In this document: piece by piece, positions 1 through 51,800 of the stretch
Layout of the letters: every line of letters begins with the position of its first letter
How positions within the stretch are numbered: position 1 is the first letter of the stretch
From: Lama glama
Taxonomy: Eukaryota
Length of the DNA: 64,000 bases
Assembly (NCBI GenBank): GCA_028534125.1
Contig: CM052832.1
Coordinates: 15,998,001 to 16,062,000 of the forward strand
Reading direction: 5' to 3'
Program-made: the position numbers and the translations under genes
Notes under the pieces: generated by a model
Told to the model about the DNA's origin: nothing
Databases searched by the model: none
Seen by the model: the letters and a program-made list of their open reading frames with translations, nothing else

Positions 1-5
1 AAGTA

Positions 6-505
6 NNNNNNNNNNNNNNNNNNNNNNNNNNNNNNNNNNNNNNNNNNNNNNNNNNNNNNNNNNNNNNNNNNNNNNNNNNNNNNNNNNNNNNNNNNNNNNN
101 NNNNNNNNNNNNNNNNNNNNNNNNNNNNNNNNNNNNNNNNNNNNNNNNNNNNNNNNNNNNNNNNNNNNNNNNNNNNNNNNNNNNNNNNNNNNNNNNNNNN
201 NNNNNNNNNNNNNNNNNNNNNNNNNNNNNNNNNNNNNNNNNNNNNNNNNNNNNNNNNNNNNNNNNNNNNNNNNNNNNNNNNNNNNNNNNNNNNNNNNNNN
301 NNNNNNNNNNNNNNNNNNNNNNNNNNNNNNNNNNNNNNNNNNNNNNNNNNNNNNNNNNNNNNNNNNNNNNNNNNNNNNNNNNNNNNNNNNNNNNNNNNNN
401 NNNNNNNNNNNNNNNNNNNNNNNNNNNNNNNNNNNNNNNNNNNNNNNNNNNNNNNNNNNNNNNNNNNNNNNNNNNNNNNNNNNNNNNNNNNNNNNNNNNN
501 NNNNN
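6..505. other. Assembly gap (other gaps: 7138-7237, 21107-21606, 44915-45414, 54147-54246)
   Basis: Runs of 100 or 500 N; the 500-N gaps could hide further microexons. Confidence 0.99.
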
Positions 506-964
506 TTTTTTTTGGCCTTTCTTATCACAAAGATGTTATCCTACACTTTCTCATAATACAGTTTCTCTTTCCATATATAGAACTTTAATCCAAACTGATT
601 TGTTTATACTTTGGGGGTTGTTTTTCGTTTGTTCAAACATTATAGAGTCTAACTCTGAAAAACCAATTGCTCCAACTGAACTTATTGAATCATGCATTCT
701 TTCCCTACTGATTTGTAATACTTCCTTCATGATATGCTTAGTTTTTCCTTGGATTTTCTCCTCTGTTTCAATGATCTTTTGTCTTGCTGACAGATACTAA
801 ACTGCTTCCATTACTAAAGCTTTATGATAACATTTACCATGAGGAATGGCACATTCTCTCTGTTCTTTTTTTTCAAAAATGCTTTGACTATTCTTGTACT
901 TTTACTCTTACACTAGAATGTTTAGAATCAATTTCTCTAGTTCCATATGACTCACAAGACTCCT

Positions 965-1150
965 TTCAACTTCCCACTTCCTCTTTTCAGGACTCTTAAG
1001 ATTACATTGGGCCCACACAGATCATCTAAAACAATCTCCCTATTTCAGGGTCAACTGATTAACAACATTAACTCCATTTGCATCCTTAATTCCCCTGAAC
1101 CATGTAACCTAACATATTCCCAGGTTCCAGGGATTAGGAAGTGACCACAG
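965..1150. mobile_element. MLT1-type (MaLR) LTR fragment
   Basis: Motifs gattacattgggccca...aatctccc...tcaactgatt...taacatattcccaggttccagggattagg typical of MLT1 LTRs. Confidence 0.55.
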
Positions 1151-2741
1151 AGGGGCGGAGAGAGGACAGACTCTATATTGTCTCCTTATTTCTCTCTACT
1201 GGGTCCTGGATGACTTCCCTCAGATTTATCATTCATTAATTCTTCAGCCAAGCCTGTTTTCTTTGTTTACCCATCTAAACAACATTATAATTTAATGACT
1301 GTATTTTCTACATTTGCTATTTCCATTTTGTTCTTAGTCAAATACAGCTGCTTCTGATTAATGTTATTGCTGCTTTATGGATTCTGTTCTTTCATTAGTA
1401 TCTTTGAATATTTGAAACATAGTTGTTTGAAAATTCCTTTTGAATTGCTCTTCTTACATGTGTTGTCCCATTTGTTGTGGCCACTGTCTATCACATCAGT
1501 AGGTTTCCTCAAATGTATTTTGACTTTAGTCTGTGAGCTCATTGGTTATCATTTGTTAGAGTTTCTCATAAACTCTGTTGTGCAATAATCCCATTACTAC
1601 ATAGATTTTATAGGCCAATTTTCATAATAGTTTCTGCATGCATAGCTTCTTCCCTACATGAGGTGTTCAAATGTGGGTTCTATACCTGAACTCAGCTTAC
1701 CTTGAGGGTTCTACCATTGCTGAAAACTTAGTTTTCAACCATTGCCTGATGCAAGCAAGTCATTTCCTGGCATACTCTGCCTGAACAACAGGTAGGGATT
1801 AATGGTGCCCTTTTCACAGATAATTCTTTTGCGAGCCTTAGATATACAGGAAGATTCATGCCAGGTTGTTACAATGCATGAGGCCTGTGACCTTAATGTT
1901 TGCTCCTGATCTGGTGTTGACAATCCAGCCTCCAGATATGTAGGATATGTGGGTGATGAAACCTATCATTCACTATCAAAAGTATGGGCTCCCTCTTGAT
2001 ACATGGCTCTGGGACACTTTTCTTTCTAGTTTTCAAGCTCAGCTCTACATTTTAAATGTTTAAAGAATATTATGCCCAACTTTTCCCAGTGATTACAGAA
2101 GAGGGTAAAATATCCATCTTGACAGTGAGCCCCGTTCCCTGCCTTGACTCTTTATTTTCTAATACTCAGGTACATCCTAATTTTTCTTGTTATTCAGCAT
2201 CCCCAGATGACACATATGATTTTGGAAATTTAGAAACTCTTTTTTGAAGCAGTTATGTAGTAATAATTTGGTGCAACAAAGGCTCTTTCAGACAAGAAGG
2301 AAAAAAAGAAAGAAAATTGAGGAGAGGGGAGAGGAGGAAGAGGAGAAACAAAGAAAAAGGGAAAGAATAAAAGCAGTAGGATCAGAAATGAAAGAAGATT
2401 TGGAGGCAGGAAAATTTCCATGGACTGAGAAACTGGCAATCACCAAAATAGTGTTATTCTTTTACTAAAAGAGATTAAAGGATGGGCTGCAAAGATCTTG
2501 CCATCCTGCCCTACGGTAAGAGTATCACCGACGGAATAAACAAAGTCTGAAGTTCATACCCAAAAAGCAATCCATAGGTGGATATCCATCTTCCCACCAC
2601 ATTACATTGTAACTGACAACAGAAAATGGAATGTGACCCATTGCTGCCCTCTCTCCCATAATCTCTTCCTAACATCATAGCTATGGGATCTCAGTTCTCC
2701 CTGAGACACACAGATCCCATTCTTGTTTTGTTTTCTTTTAG

Positions 2742-39576
<36,835 letters not shown>

Positions 39577-39870
39577 AACCTCCCTTCCTTGTAAAGTATA
39601 ACAAAAAGGAAGAGTAAGGATAAATAAAAGGAAGGCGCATAAGACAACTGATTATTGTGATTTCCATCTTCCAAATATAAGTTATATCCTAGTCACCACC
39701 TAACTGGACCGTAATTGTAGAATCCCTTTAATCTATGCATCTGCAGAGATTTCTACTCTTTGGAAGTTTCACCATTTTTAGACCTCTCAGCCACCACAAA
39801 CCTCAGCTTTCAATTGTTTTATAAGCTGATACTTATATTATTTAGTCAAGAAAGACTGCATACTTTCTGA

Positions 39871-39876
39871 AATAAA
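39871..39876 (+). terminator. Candidate polyadenylation signal AATAAA of TSBP1
   Basis: AATAAA about 295 nt after the stop, followed by ATTAAA and T-rich sequence; another AATAAA lies at 39623-39628. Confidence 0.55.
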
Positions 39877-42800
39877 ACATTTTGATTAAAAAATTCTAAT
39901 AATTTCCTTTGAGAAGTATTTTATCTTTATAATAGTCCAACCAATATAATATGTATATATATGACAATTTTTTAAGTAAAATCTAAGCATCAAGATGTAG
40001 TCTAGATGAACAATAAAATACAAGTTAGCAACCTCTTGGGATGAGAAGGTAAAGAGGATACGTTCATGGGGAAGGGACTGGTGGTATACGATGTGTCTCA
40101 AAAGATAGATAAGATGTCAATGTTCTGAGTGAAGTGGAAGAGTAGGGAAAAAACAAAGGGATTAAAGACTGCCATGTCATTTTCTAGCAGAAGTAGGTAA
40201 TATTGTTGCAGTAGACTCGTGAGAAGCATTTGGTGATATAATTTTGAAAAGGAGCGTGAGAAGGAGATGCTAAAGGGATGTTAAAAACAAACCAGGAATT
40301 TATATTTTACTCATCAGGCAACTGGAAGACTTCTTGGGTGTTTGAGGAGAATGAAGTAAATAAGGTTGCTTTTTTTTTTTAAGTTAATCTTGTGGTTGTG
40401 CCAAATAAATTGAAGAAGAGAAATATCATAAGTCGTAAATCTAGTTAAGAGGTACTTGGGATAGTAAGTGATGGAAAGAGAATAAATAAAAGAGACAGAT
40501 AATATTTTTTTTTCAAAAAAGAATCATTATTTCCTAATGATCGACTATATATGAGAAAGGAAAAGGAAAAATAAAATAATTGACTCCATAACTATTGAAA
40601 CGTGGTGACAATAACAAACTGGGAGCTAATCTGTGGGACAGAAAGAGAATAACAAACTAATGAGTTTAAAGGGACAAACAATAACACTTGTCATTTGAGG
40701 GGTCTGGAGTCAGTCCAATAGAGGTCACAACTGAAGCTGTAAGAGTAAATGACCTCCCCAGAAGAGAAAGCACAGAGCTAGCAAAAGCAGAGGCCTAAGA
40801 ACTGAGCCTGCTACATGAAACAGATTAAAGAAGAAAATAAAGCTGTGGGAAGATATAAGGAGAATCTGTATAATGTTATGATAATTAAGGAAGATGAGAA
40901 TTTCAAAAAGAAAGGATGATTATCGCTAAGTCAGCCACCCATTTGTGACACGCATCATGGGTGTGACACACATTTTGGTCCCATATGTGTTCTGCACTAC
41001 ATGTACAGAGAAAAGGCAAGGTTATTCAACAGGTCATGTGAAAATGACAGCAACTGACCAGGTCCTGTTCCTAAACAGAACAAAAATGTGTTGGCTCCAG
41101 GTATCTACCTTCCCTGAGCCCTTTTGTTCAATGTAACTTTTAACCACATCTTTAATTAGAAAGTCTGATGTAGCAGAGAGAGAGGCTATCAGGTCAATTT
41201 ATATGTCAGGATTCAGATCTGGTGGTCCTTTCACACCTCTTGTAATCTATCCCAAGTATGTTAACCTATCCCCACCTCTTTCCCCTTTCTTCTTGCTGTG
41301 TGTTTTCCTTTGGTTCAGTAAATCATTTGGTTCAAGCACCTTAAGAAAAAGAATGATTAAAGGATAGCTGAGACTTCAAGGAGAATAAGAACTGAAAGAA
41401 ACCATTGTAGTTGCTGTTTTGGAGACGGCTGATGCACTTGTAAAAAAGCCCTTTCCAAAAAAAGGCAGCTAGGAGAAGAAATTTAAGCAGGCAAAATATA
41501 GAGACACAAATAAGTAGCTGCAATGTATGGCTTATAATAAAGTCAATTTTAGTCTAATTTAAAAGCATAGTTTTTAAGAACTTTATTTTCATACTGCTAT
41601 ATTCTGTGCTAGTTAGCTCATACTTTGAATATTACATTCAGTTCTGTTACGGGATATGGATAAACTAGAGTGCCTTCAGAAGAGAAAGACTATGATGGTA
41701 AGGGGACTCAATTTCAAGTGAGCAGAAAATTCCGCAGTTTCACCTGGGGGTGGTGGGAGGGACACAAAGGAGACAATGAGAATTATTTTCAAATATATGA
41801 AGGTTCATCATGGATTAGAATATTTTGTATAGCCCCAAGGAAATAAGACCAGTGAATAGAGGTTCAAAGTAACAGATGTTTATATCAGCTATAAAAGGAA
41901 GTGGGATGCCTTAAAAAGTTTGAGCAAGAGTTGAAGCGTGCATGATCATTCAGTGGGAATGCTGCAGAGGAGATTCTAAGGAACCAGCTGAGTAGCTGGA
42001 ATAGATTTTTTTATGGCTTCTTCCAAATATGAGTCTGTAATTCTAAATGTAAAATCCTTCTGGATTAACTGGATGTCTTCCAAGGAACCTTTTCAAACTA
42101 ATCTAATATGCTAGGATTCTTTAAAGAGGTTTGACTGAAAAGAGAGAGACAGAGAAACTATACTTTAGTCCTTGCCCGAAGTATAAAATGTTTCACAAAT
42201 GATTGATGTGATTAACCACAAGCTGAAGACAGCAGCTCCACAGCTTCTAGTACAATTTAAAGCACTGCGTGGATCCCTATCGTGTGCTCAGAGCCCTGCA
42301 ACTGCTGTAGAAACCTAAATTACTTTTAGAAATCACAGAATTCTAAGATCTTTGATAAACCACATGGATTTATTAGCAAGCCTGAATTGAAAACAGAAGG
42401 AGAGAAGGTGGAAGGACAAATATGGAACATGAAATTTTTATATTGTAAGTTAAATATATGTCTCTGGAATATACACATTTAGAGATTTTTACCAGTTTTA
42501 GTTGACATCACTTGCATATATTATGCTTATTATCAGGGAAAAATATGACCAGAAGGCTTTTCATATAGTTTAAAATATTTAGGTTTTCATGATCCTTATG
42601 TCATTTTTCTATAATTCTCTCTCATCCATCTGGCAGCTAGCTGGTAGGACTTAGAAGGCTCTGACTAATGCATCTTCTCTAGGACTTCTGCTAAGAAACA
42701 CGGACCCTGCCAGGGAAACTACTGGAAAAACAGTAGACAGACTTTAGCAATCCATTGAACTGGCTCCATATCTAAGAGTATATCTCTCCAAACCAAGGAT

Positions 42801-42884
42801 TCAGAAAGGATGGATCCATAAAAACTTCCCTGTATCTTCTCCATAACTTCTAACTTGCAGTCAAAATATCTTCATCTCCACTAG

Positions 42885-42899
42885 GTTTCTTTGAAGCAA
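42885..42899 (+). CDS. Downstream-array microexon, 15 nt (xFFEA)
   Basis: cttcatctccactag|gtttctttgaagcaa|gtaagt. Confidence 0.5.
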
Positions 42900-45800
42900 G
42901 TAAGTCATATAATAAATAGGAAACTCTAACTATGAAAACTTTGTAAACTATTCTCTAAAGGCCACCAAAAAGCAGGCCAGTTAAAAACAATTGTTAATCC
43001 TCCCTTAAGTATACAGGAATGGAAATCTTAAGGGACCTCAGAAAAACGAAGGGGAAAAGGATAAGCTATCAAAATGCCACCATGCTTAGCAAAATGATGC
43101 AAATATTAGTAAAATGAACATATGTACTCTCAAGACAGTTTAGATATAAAGGTAGAAATGTAGGGCTTAACAGAAAATCAGTAGTGGTAAATTTTATTTT
43201 ACAAATAAGCTAACACAAATGTCAAGTACCCAGTTCACAAGAATAAGCAGAAACATACATCCAAACTTCAAGCTGGCTGCTAACAGTAGATCTTAAAAGT
43301 TCTCATCAAAGGAAATAAGAAAATTTGAAATTATGTGAGGTGATAGCAATCAATTCATTATGTGTGTGTATATATATATATACACACACACATACACACA
43401 CATATATAGTAAATCTTAACATACACAATGTTATACATCAATTATATCTCAGTAAAACTGGGAGTGAAATCAAGTATCACACCTTAAATATATATAATTT
43501 TTATCTGTCAATTATACCTCAGTAAAGATGGGAAGAAAAAAATAAGTGGAAGGCTAACCACTAGACATTTTATGTTTAGGAGGAAAGCATAAGAAAAGAA
43601 AAGCAGGAAAGTGACTTTTGAAATAACAAAGCTGAATAAGAAATGCAAAGATACTTGGAAATAAATGATTTATGTAAAATTAGTGTGATTCTTATCTCAA
43701 TTAAAGATTTCCTGGGTTGGAACTGCATTAAAAATATAATTTCCCATTATTTCCAAATATCTCTCACCCCAGATAATAACTGACATATCTAGGAAGTAAA
43801 TATAGGGAGCTAGTGAAATGGGAAAAGTATAGAATTTTAAAACAGGATTGAAGAGATAAAAGGATAAACTGAAAAATTGATCTGAATATTTTGTTTTATA
43901 TTTGATTAAATTCTGTTACTCTCCCCTTTTAAAGCAATTAAGAGCAGGAAAAACAACCACTGTCCTCCTCTACCTGGGAGGTTCCAATTAGATTTTAAAG
44001 AAATAGAAGCATATTTTTCTAGTGTTTAAGGAATAAAGATACCCTTATCCATCATCATCCAGAAGCCTGAGCATCTGCCATGACTGAGAAATCAAACCAC
44101 ACTCCAGATTATACACATTGTAATCCAAGTCTCAAAAATATTTTATTTAAATTTTTATTAAATTTATCTTTAAAAATTAAAAACTCATAATGTTATCAGT
44201 GTTAACTTCCTATGAATCTCTCCATATCTTAATTCATGCTCATATAAAATATGCAAATAAAGTCAAACTATATGCATTCTTCTGCAACTTGATTAATCTT
44301 CACCTAAAATTGTCATGTACATCACTCCAGGTAAATATATATCACTCTAAACAATTATTGTCATAGTGTAGCATCCAACATTGTGGATGAATTACTGCTT
44401 ATTCATTTCCTTAAATCTGGACATTTGACTTGTTTCTAGCTTTTTGCCATTGGCCAAATGGTGCTGCAATTGACCAATGGTGCTGTAATAAACATTTTGG
44501 ACATGATGAGGATTTTACTTCTCTAGGCTAGATTTCCAAACGTGGAGTTGCCAGGTCAAAGAAAACACGTATTTTTTATGTTAATAGATATTACCTGACC
44601 ATTTTCCCCACAATTTGTAATAATTCAGGAATATGTAAGAGTTCTGTTTTCCCCAAACTCTCTCGCTGGTGCTGCAAACAGTAGCTATCTTTCAATTTTG
44701 TCTATCTAATGAGAAAAGTGGTATCCAATTGTTGCTTTAATGCATTTTCCAGACCGCTAGTGATACTAAGCATTTTTCACAGGCTTAGTGATCTTTTGTA
44801 CTTCCTCCTTTGCAAATTACTCATTTTTCAAATTGGTGGTTTGTTCTTTTCTTATTCAATTTATAGGTATTTATTGTCAGTTAATGTCTTATCTTCCATT
44901 TGTGTTGAAAAAATNNNNNNNNNNNNNNNNNNNNNNNNNNNNNNNNNNNNNNNNNNNNNNNNNNNNNNNNNNNNNNNNNNNNNNNNNNNNNNNNNNNNNN
45001 NNNNNNNNNNNNNNNNNNNNNNNNNNNNNNNNNNNNNNNNNNNNNNNNNNNNNNNNNNNNNNNNNNNNNNNNNNNNNNNNNNNNNNNNNNNNNNNNNNNN
45101 NNNNNNNNNNNNNNNNNNNNNNNNNNNNNNNNNNNNNNNNNNNNNNNNNNNNNNNNNNNNNNNNNNNNNNNNNNNNNNNNNNNNNNNNNNNNNNNNNNNN
45201 NNNNNNNNNNNNNNNNNNNNNNNNNNNNNNNNNNNNNNNNNNNNNNNNNNNNNNNNNNNNNNNNNNNNNNNNNNNNNNNNNNNNNNNNNNNNNNNNNNNN
45301 NNNNNNNNNNNNNNNNNNNNNNNNNNNNNNNNNNNNNNNNNNNNNNNNNNNNNNNNNNNNNNNNNNNNNNNNNNNNNNNNNNNNNNNNNNNNNNNNNNNN
45401 NNNNNNNNNNNNNNGGTTAACATCCCTCAGCACTTATAGTTACAGAATTTTTTTCTTGTGATGAAAAGTTTTAAGGTCTACTCTTTTAGCATCTTTTAAA
45501 TATGCAACATAGTATTATTAACTGTTGCCATGCTGTACATTATATCCTCATGACTCATTTATTTTATAACTAGAAACTTGCACCTTTGACTCCCTTCACC
45601 CATTTTGCCCGCTGTCCCATCCCCTGCCCTCCTCTTTTGGCAATCACCAATTGGCTCACTGTATCTATGCTCTGTATATTGGGTTTTGAGTTTGTTTGTT
45701 TGTTTTTTCAATTCCAATTTAAGTGAGATCACACAGTATTTATCTTTCTCCATCTAGCTTATTTCACTTGGCATAAAGCTCTCAAGATCTATCCATCTTG

Positions 45801-48800
45801 TCACAAATGGCAAAATTTCATTCTTTTTTATGCTGATAATATTCCATTGTATATTTAAACCACATCTTCTTTATCCATTCATCCATCAATGGACACTTAG
45901 GTTGTTTCTACATGTTGACTGTTGTATACAATGCTGCAATGAACATGGGGGTGCATATATATTTTCAAGTTAGGTTTTTCATTTTCTTCAGATAAATACC
46001 CAGAAGTGGAATTGCTGAATCATACAGTAGTTCTATTTTTAACTTATTGAGGAAGCTCCATACAGTTTTCTATATTGGCTGCACCAATTTACATTCCCAT
46101 CAGCAGTGCACAAGGGTTCCCTTTTCCCCACATCCTTGCCAACACTTATTATTATTTCTTGCCTTTTTTATAATAGCCATTCTAACAGGTGTGAGGTAAT
46201 TGTTGTTTTGATTTGCATTTCCCTGTTTTGATTTCCTTTTCAACTTTCATCTCTCATGTACTTTTACCTAATAATGTGAAAGGCTTTTGCTTGCTCTGGC
46301 TTTTACCAGATCAACTTGTAAAACCATCTGGGAAAAGTATTAAAGGAGACTTCAGAGGACGTAACAGTTCAAACACACCCATTTTACCCACTCTAGTGAA
46401 ATGAGTGCCTTCTAAATGCACAGAAGTGATAGTTAAGGCATTAAAATGGCATAAAACCCAAAGGACAATCTAGGCAACCTGTTTTAAAAAACAAAATGGA
46501 AAAAGTTAATTATAGGCAATACAAAGAATTGTACAGTAAGCAATATAACCATAGCGTAGTACATGCCTTAGCTGTGGAGATAGGTTGGTGTCATGATGAT
46601 GTAATCACTGAATATATTAACTTAACCAAAAAATTGTGACAAAATATACTGGGAGAATCGGAGAAGGAAAAGTGCATTGTGGGGGAAGGGAAAGAGAACA
46701 TAAGAAATAAAGCCTGGTAAGAAGTCAAAAATTAAGATGGAATTTTATAAATCAAGAAATAGCTCTTATAAATATGTTATTTAGAAAAACAGATGTAAAA
46801 ACACAAGAAAAAAACAACATAAGAATGTTAAAAGTGGTTCCTTCCAAGGAAAGAAAATGGGAATAAAGGGAGTGGGTCAGGATATTGCTATTTTTTCTTA
46901 TGTTTATAAAATTATTTGAAGTTTTTAAGAATATATATGTATTACTTTCATAAAACTAAATCATAAATGTAAAAATCATATGAATTTTTAATCTACTGTA
47001 TTTTAAAGGGTTTAAAGTCTAGTATACTCTTAGACCAAAAACATCTATATATGCATTATATTTCAGTAAAAACAACAGATAAGTTGCTGTCCAAGTATAT
47101 TTTGATCTTCTACAGTGTCTTGGGGCCTTTATTTCTAACCTTCCAAAAGTTTAATATTCATTCCTAGCGCCTCATTCTTCAGAATTCTGGTATATTATTA
47201 ACATTTTCTTTAAAATATAATCACTTCTAATAAACAAAATAACATGGAATAACAATAGTCTGGAAAAGGATTTCTAGAGGCTAACAATATCAACCAACAC
47301 TTGCCATTCAGAAAACACATGTGTGTAAAAAGGGAAAAAAATCATAAAGGAGAAAGAAAATTAGGGATATGAAGCAGACTAACAGCAGATGAAGAAAGAA
47401 ATAATTAGCTCCATCTATTTAATCCCCAACTGTTCTACCAAGCTAATGACCATTGAATCCCACAAAGGGGTTATTCAGAATTACTGTGAAATGCCAGTCT
47501 CTTACAATGTCAAACATCATTCATTGACAATAAATAAATAACCCTTTTTTACGCTTATATTGGAAGAATATTAGAGAAAATATTATTAATCTCAAAATGC
47601 AACAGTAATTTTTTAGGGCTAATTCATGTGTATTTTTTTCTCTTTTAGAAACCTGTTCACCTTACAGTAGTAAGTTGCTCATTTCTTTCTCGATTTTGGT
47701 GTATTTCAGTCTTTCAAAACACAACAGAACCACTCCACACCCTAATCATTTTCTGTTCTGACTCTAAATGACCTGAGACACATGGTTCTCTATTTCCTTT
47801 GGTTTTGTAGTACGTAAAATCCTCTCCATTTGTTGAGAACATTTAGAAGACAAAAATCCCAACAACCAGCCAAAAGAATAGAATTAATAGAAATGTCTCC
47901 AAAGATTGATTGTAATGGGTTACTAATTGAAACTTCCAAACTAATGAGGAGGGGAAAAAGGAGATGGAAAGCATACTTTAAAATAAGAGAAGAAAAAGAA
48001 TGAAATAAGAAACCAGGGGCAGAAAATTTTTACATAAGGCCATTTTTAATAGTCAATAACTGTCTTCAAAAACTGAAGGAAAAGGATGGAAGTCTTTTTC
48101 CTGGTAGAGGCAAAAATGCCACAGAATCTGTTGTGAAGGATTTGGTGGCCCTATGAAATAATATAATCAACACATACTACTTCACCATGTTTACATGGGA
48201 GAGATTTTTAAATGTGTTTTATTTTAGAAATATCTGTAGTAACTCCCAATAACTTCCCTTTTTTTATTGACTTCCTGCAGAATGCTCTGAAAACTGTATG
48301 ATAGACGAGCATTGTCACACAAAAGATTTAGACCACAAGTCTCCTCTCTCTCCTGACAGGTTACTAATACATTTAGAAAGTAACAATAGCTCTGACATGA
48401 AAAGGGAAATGTTCTGATAAAGCTGAATGTAGCTCCTAAACAACAAAAATTAGTATTTCACACATTCCTAAATTCAGTGACAGAGTAAGAATAGAGAGAG
48501 AATTAAGAGCTGATGATACAAAAAAATAGTGAGAAGTAGGGATACAGTAAATATTTTAAGTTTAATTCGCTATGTCTTTTAACTCTGGGCTAAAAATGAT
48601 CTGAAAAACTGGAAGAGAAGCTACACCCACCCCAGCATCCCTCAAGGTCTACCAAACTGAATGTTCATAGACACCAAAGAACTAGAGCTATTAAAGTTAG
48701 AGATGCTGCACTCAGTACATTTTCTTACAATTGAGTAACTTTGAAGATGAGGCACCCCTGAATGTGTATGTTTCCCATGCAAAGATTAGATAAGACATGG

Positions 48801-51800
48801 GTAACTGATCCAGACAATCTAACTTTATTTATTTTTTTGGCTTACTTTTAGGTATATCTTCAGCATCTTTTAGTAAGTTTTTTCATTCTCAAATATGGTT
48901 TTCTCAGAGTCTTCCAGGGAATTTTTTTGAATTTTTCTATTTTCATTTCTGGATAGACTCAAATTTAGACTCAGGTATTTTCACCTCTTAATTTTACATA
49001 ATCAGAATTTCATTAGACTGCTTATAAATGTTGAGCAAATGAAGAGAACTTACTAATAAAAAGAATGGAAAGTAAATCAAGAAGGATTAAGACAAAATTC
49101 AGGACCCTGGTTAATTCAAGAAAGCAAAAAAAAAAAAAGGAGAAGAAAAGAAAAAGAAATGAAGAGGAAAATACAATCAAGGAAAGCACACAGCTCAGGG
49201 CACCTGGATGTTGGGTAGATGGCTATTATTCTTTAAACTATACACAAACATATCTAAACTCTTATATATGCATGAAATATTTCATAGTGAGGTATTTTTT
49301 TAACTCCAGAGACAGGAAAAGATTAAATCAGCAATCTCATTGGAATGATTATAGTGGTTCATCATCAAAAACAATAAATGTATAAATATGTATGAGGGGC
49401 AGTGGGAGTGGAAAGAAAAACAGAATAAAACAGAGCAAGATGAGAAAGAACAGAAGATAAAGAAAGTAAGATTAAATAAAAGTTAATGTAGTGATGTTCG
49501 AATAACATCAGGTAAACAGAAATGGTATCCCTAGAAAGACAGGGATGGAAAGAAAGAGATGAAAAGGAAAGGATATGAATTGAGCACATAAGAGGACTTT
49601 ACATATATTATTTTTCTTAAATTCAATATAATTCTATCATTTGCCTTATTTTAGAGGCAAGAAATCATGCATATTGAGTTAAATATGTATTCAAATCCAT
49701 ATAGTTCTTAAGCAAATCCAAGGCTGAAATCAAATCAAAGTGGATTTAAAATTCAAACTCAGATAAACAAGTTCATACTGTTACAGCACAGGGAACTATA
49801 TTCAATGCCTTTTAATAACCTATAATGAAAAAGAATATGAAAAGGAAATATGTGTATGTATATGGATGACAGAAACATTATGCTGTACACAAGAAATTGA
49901 CTCAACATTGTAAACTGACTGTACTTCAATTTTTTTTTAAAAAAAAAGGGCAGCAAAGCAGTAAAAAAAAAAATTCTAATTCTTCTGCTTTTTTAATATT
50001 TCACCTTCACTCACAGCTCTCAGTCCCATTCCTTTCACAAGTATATACAACTACTGTTTGTCCTTAAATATCCTCCAATACCTAAATAACCTGTAGCATT
50101 TATTTACATGTATGTATACTTAATTTCATCAGTTAATCTCATTCTTCTCATTTTTTCCTGTTAATAACTCTAAAGATCTATCCATATTGCTGTATGTACA
50201 TCCCATACTCTGTTTCTAGTTTTGTGAAGTATTACAGAAACTGTCTCTCATATTTCCATTTTCCTGGTGGTAGCCACATCACTAATGTAATGTAGTTATT
50301 GAGATGTATGAGTGGCACCTGTAAATCAGTAAGAAAAAGACAAAAAATTCAATAGAGAAGTTTTGTATTATACTTTCAACACTCTAATGTCACAAACATA
50401 CTGTAATTGGACATCCTGATATGTGATCCCTTGAGGACTTGAGTTAGAATTCCTTGAGATATATTTTCAGCAAATGGATATCTGGCATACAGCATAGGCC
50501 AGGTAACTTGCATAATTGCTATACAATTTATATTCCCACCTATAATCCAGGACTGTTGAACCACTTTCCTACCAATATCTTGAATCATGTTGCTTGCAAA
50601 TTTTGCCAGTCAGATGGAGGAAGAGTCTATCAATGTTGCTTTCATCTGTACTTCTATGGTGTCAGTGGATTTGTGCACTTCAACACATACTTGTTAAGCA
50701 TTGTTTCCTTTTTGTGAGCTTGAATGCATATCATTGCCACTTTTCTATTAGATTTTTTGTCTTTTTTTATGGGTTTTCAGGTGCCATTCATACATCTCAA
50801 TTACTGTATTTCAGGTTTTAGATATTGAAGATATCTCAGTCTGTTGCTTATCTCTGAAATCTGTATATTGTGTGCTTCACTGAATAGAAATCCTAAAATT
50901 TTATGTACTCAAATAACTCAGTTTTTCACATTATGGTTTGGCTTATGGTGGTTTGAATTTTTACCCAACTTAAACCTCAAAGAGATATTCTTCTACAATT
51001 TTTTCCATTACTTTTATATTATTATTTTATATTACTTTTACCTTTCATTTTTTTCTTTAAAGCATCTATCAGTGCCTTCCCATTGTACTCTATCCCTCCT
51101 TGTCTCCTATTAAAGAAACATTTTTCCTTTACAATCAAGCCATAAAGGCAGAGTTCAACAATTCCCAAAATGTATCAACTCCTCAGAAGGGCTGAGAGAA
51201 AAGGGAGTAAGAGTGATACTTCCTCCTCTATGTTCCTAAAGTACCTTGTCCACATGTCTATTAGAGTACTCACTACCCTGATGGAATAATTTATTATGAT
51301 GGCTGATTCCTTTGGTAGACTATTCAATTCTTCAAGGGTCAGCTCAGTGTTCCATCTTGAGTTCTATGTCCAGCACCTAACATAATGCCTAGAACATACA
51401 TATATTCAATACACACCTGTGGAATAAATGAAAGTATACCATCTCTTCTGAAAAATTTGAAAAGGGGTTGAATTACATGAAGACTCTATAGAGTATAATA
51501 AACCTAGATTCCAGGTCCAGGTCTACCATTAAAGAAAATAAAGGAAATAAGAGCATGATATTATCCAAAAAAAGTTCACAGACTCAGACCAATACTGAGA
51601 TTATGGTGTCAAATTGACCAAAAAATAGTTTTTCAAAGCAAGACTAGATCCTGAGTGCTTGGAGTAGACTGTGGCTCCATTAATTACTAGCTGTGTGACC
51701 TTGATAATCTCTGTGCTCAGAATCTTCATCATGGGGTTGCTGAGGATTAAGTAATATCAATCACATAAAGCTCTTAGATAAGTGCTTGACACATGGTAAT

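Noticed and set aside
44709..45461. Long ORFs spanning N runs (also 21081..21704 and 7029..7471)
   Set aside because: Artefacts of translating assembly gaps
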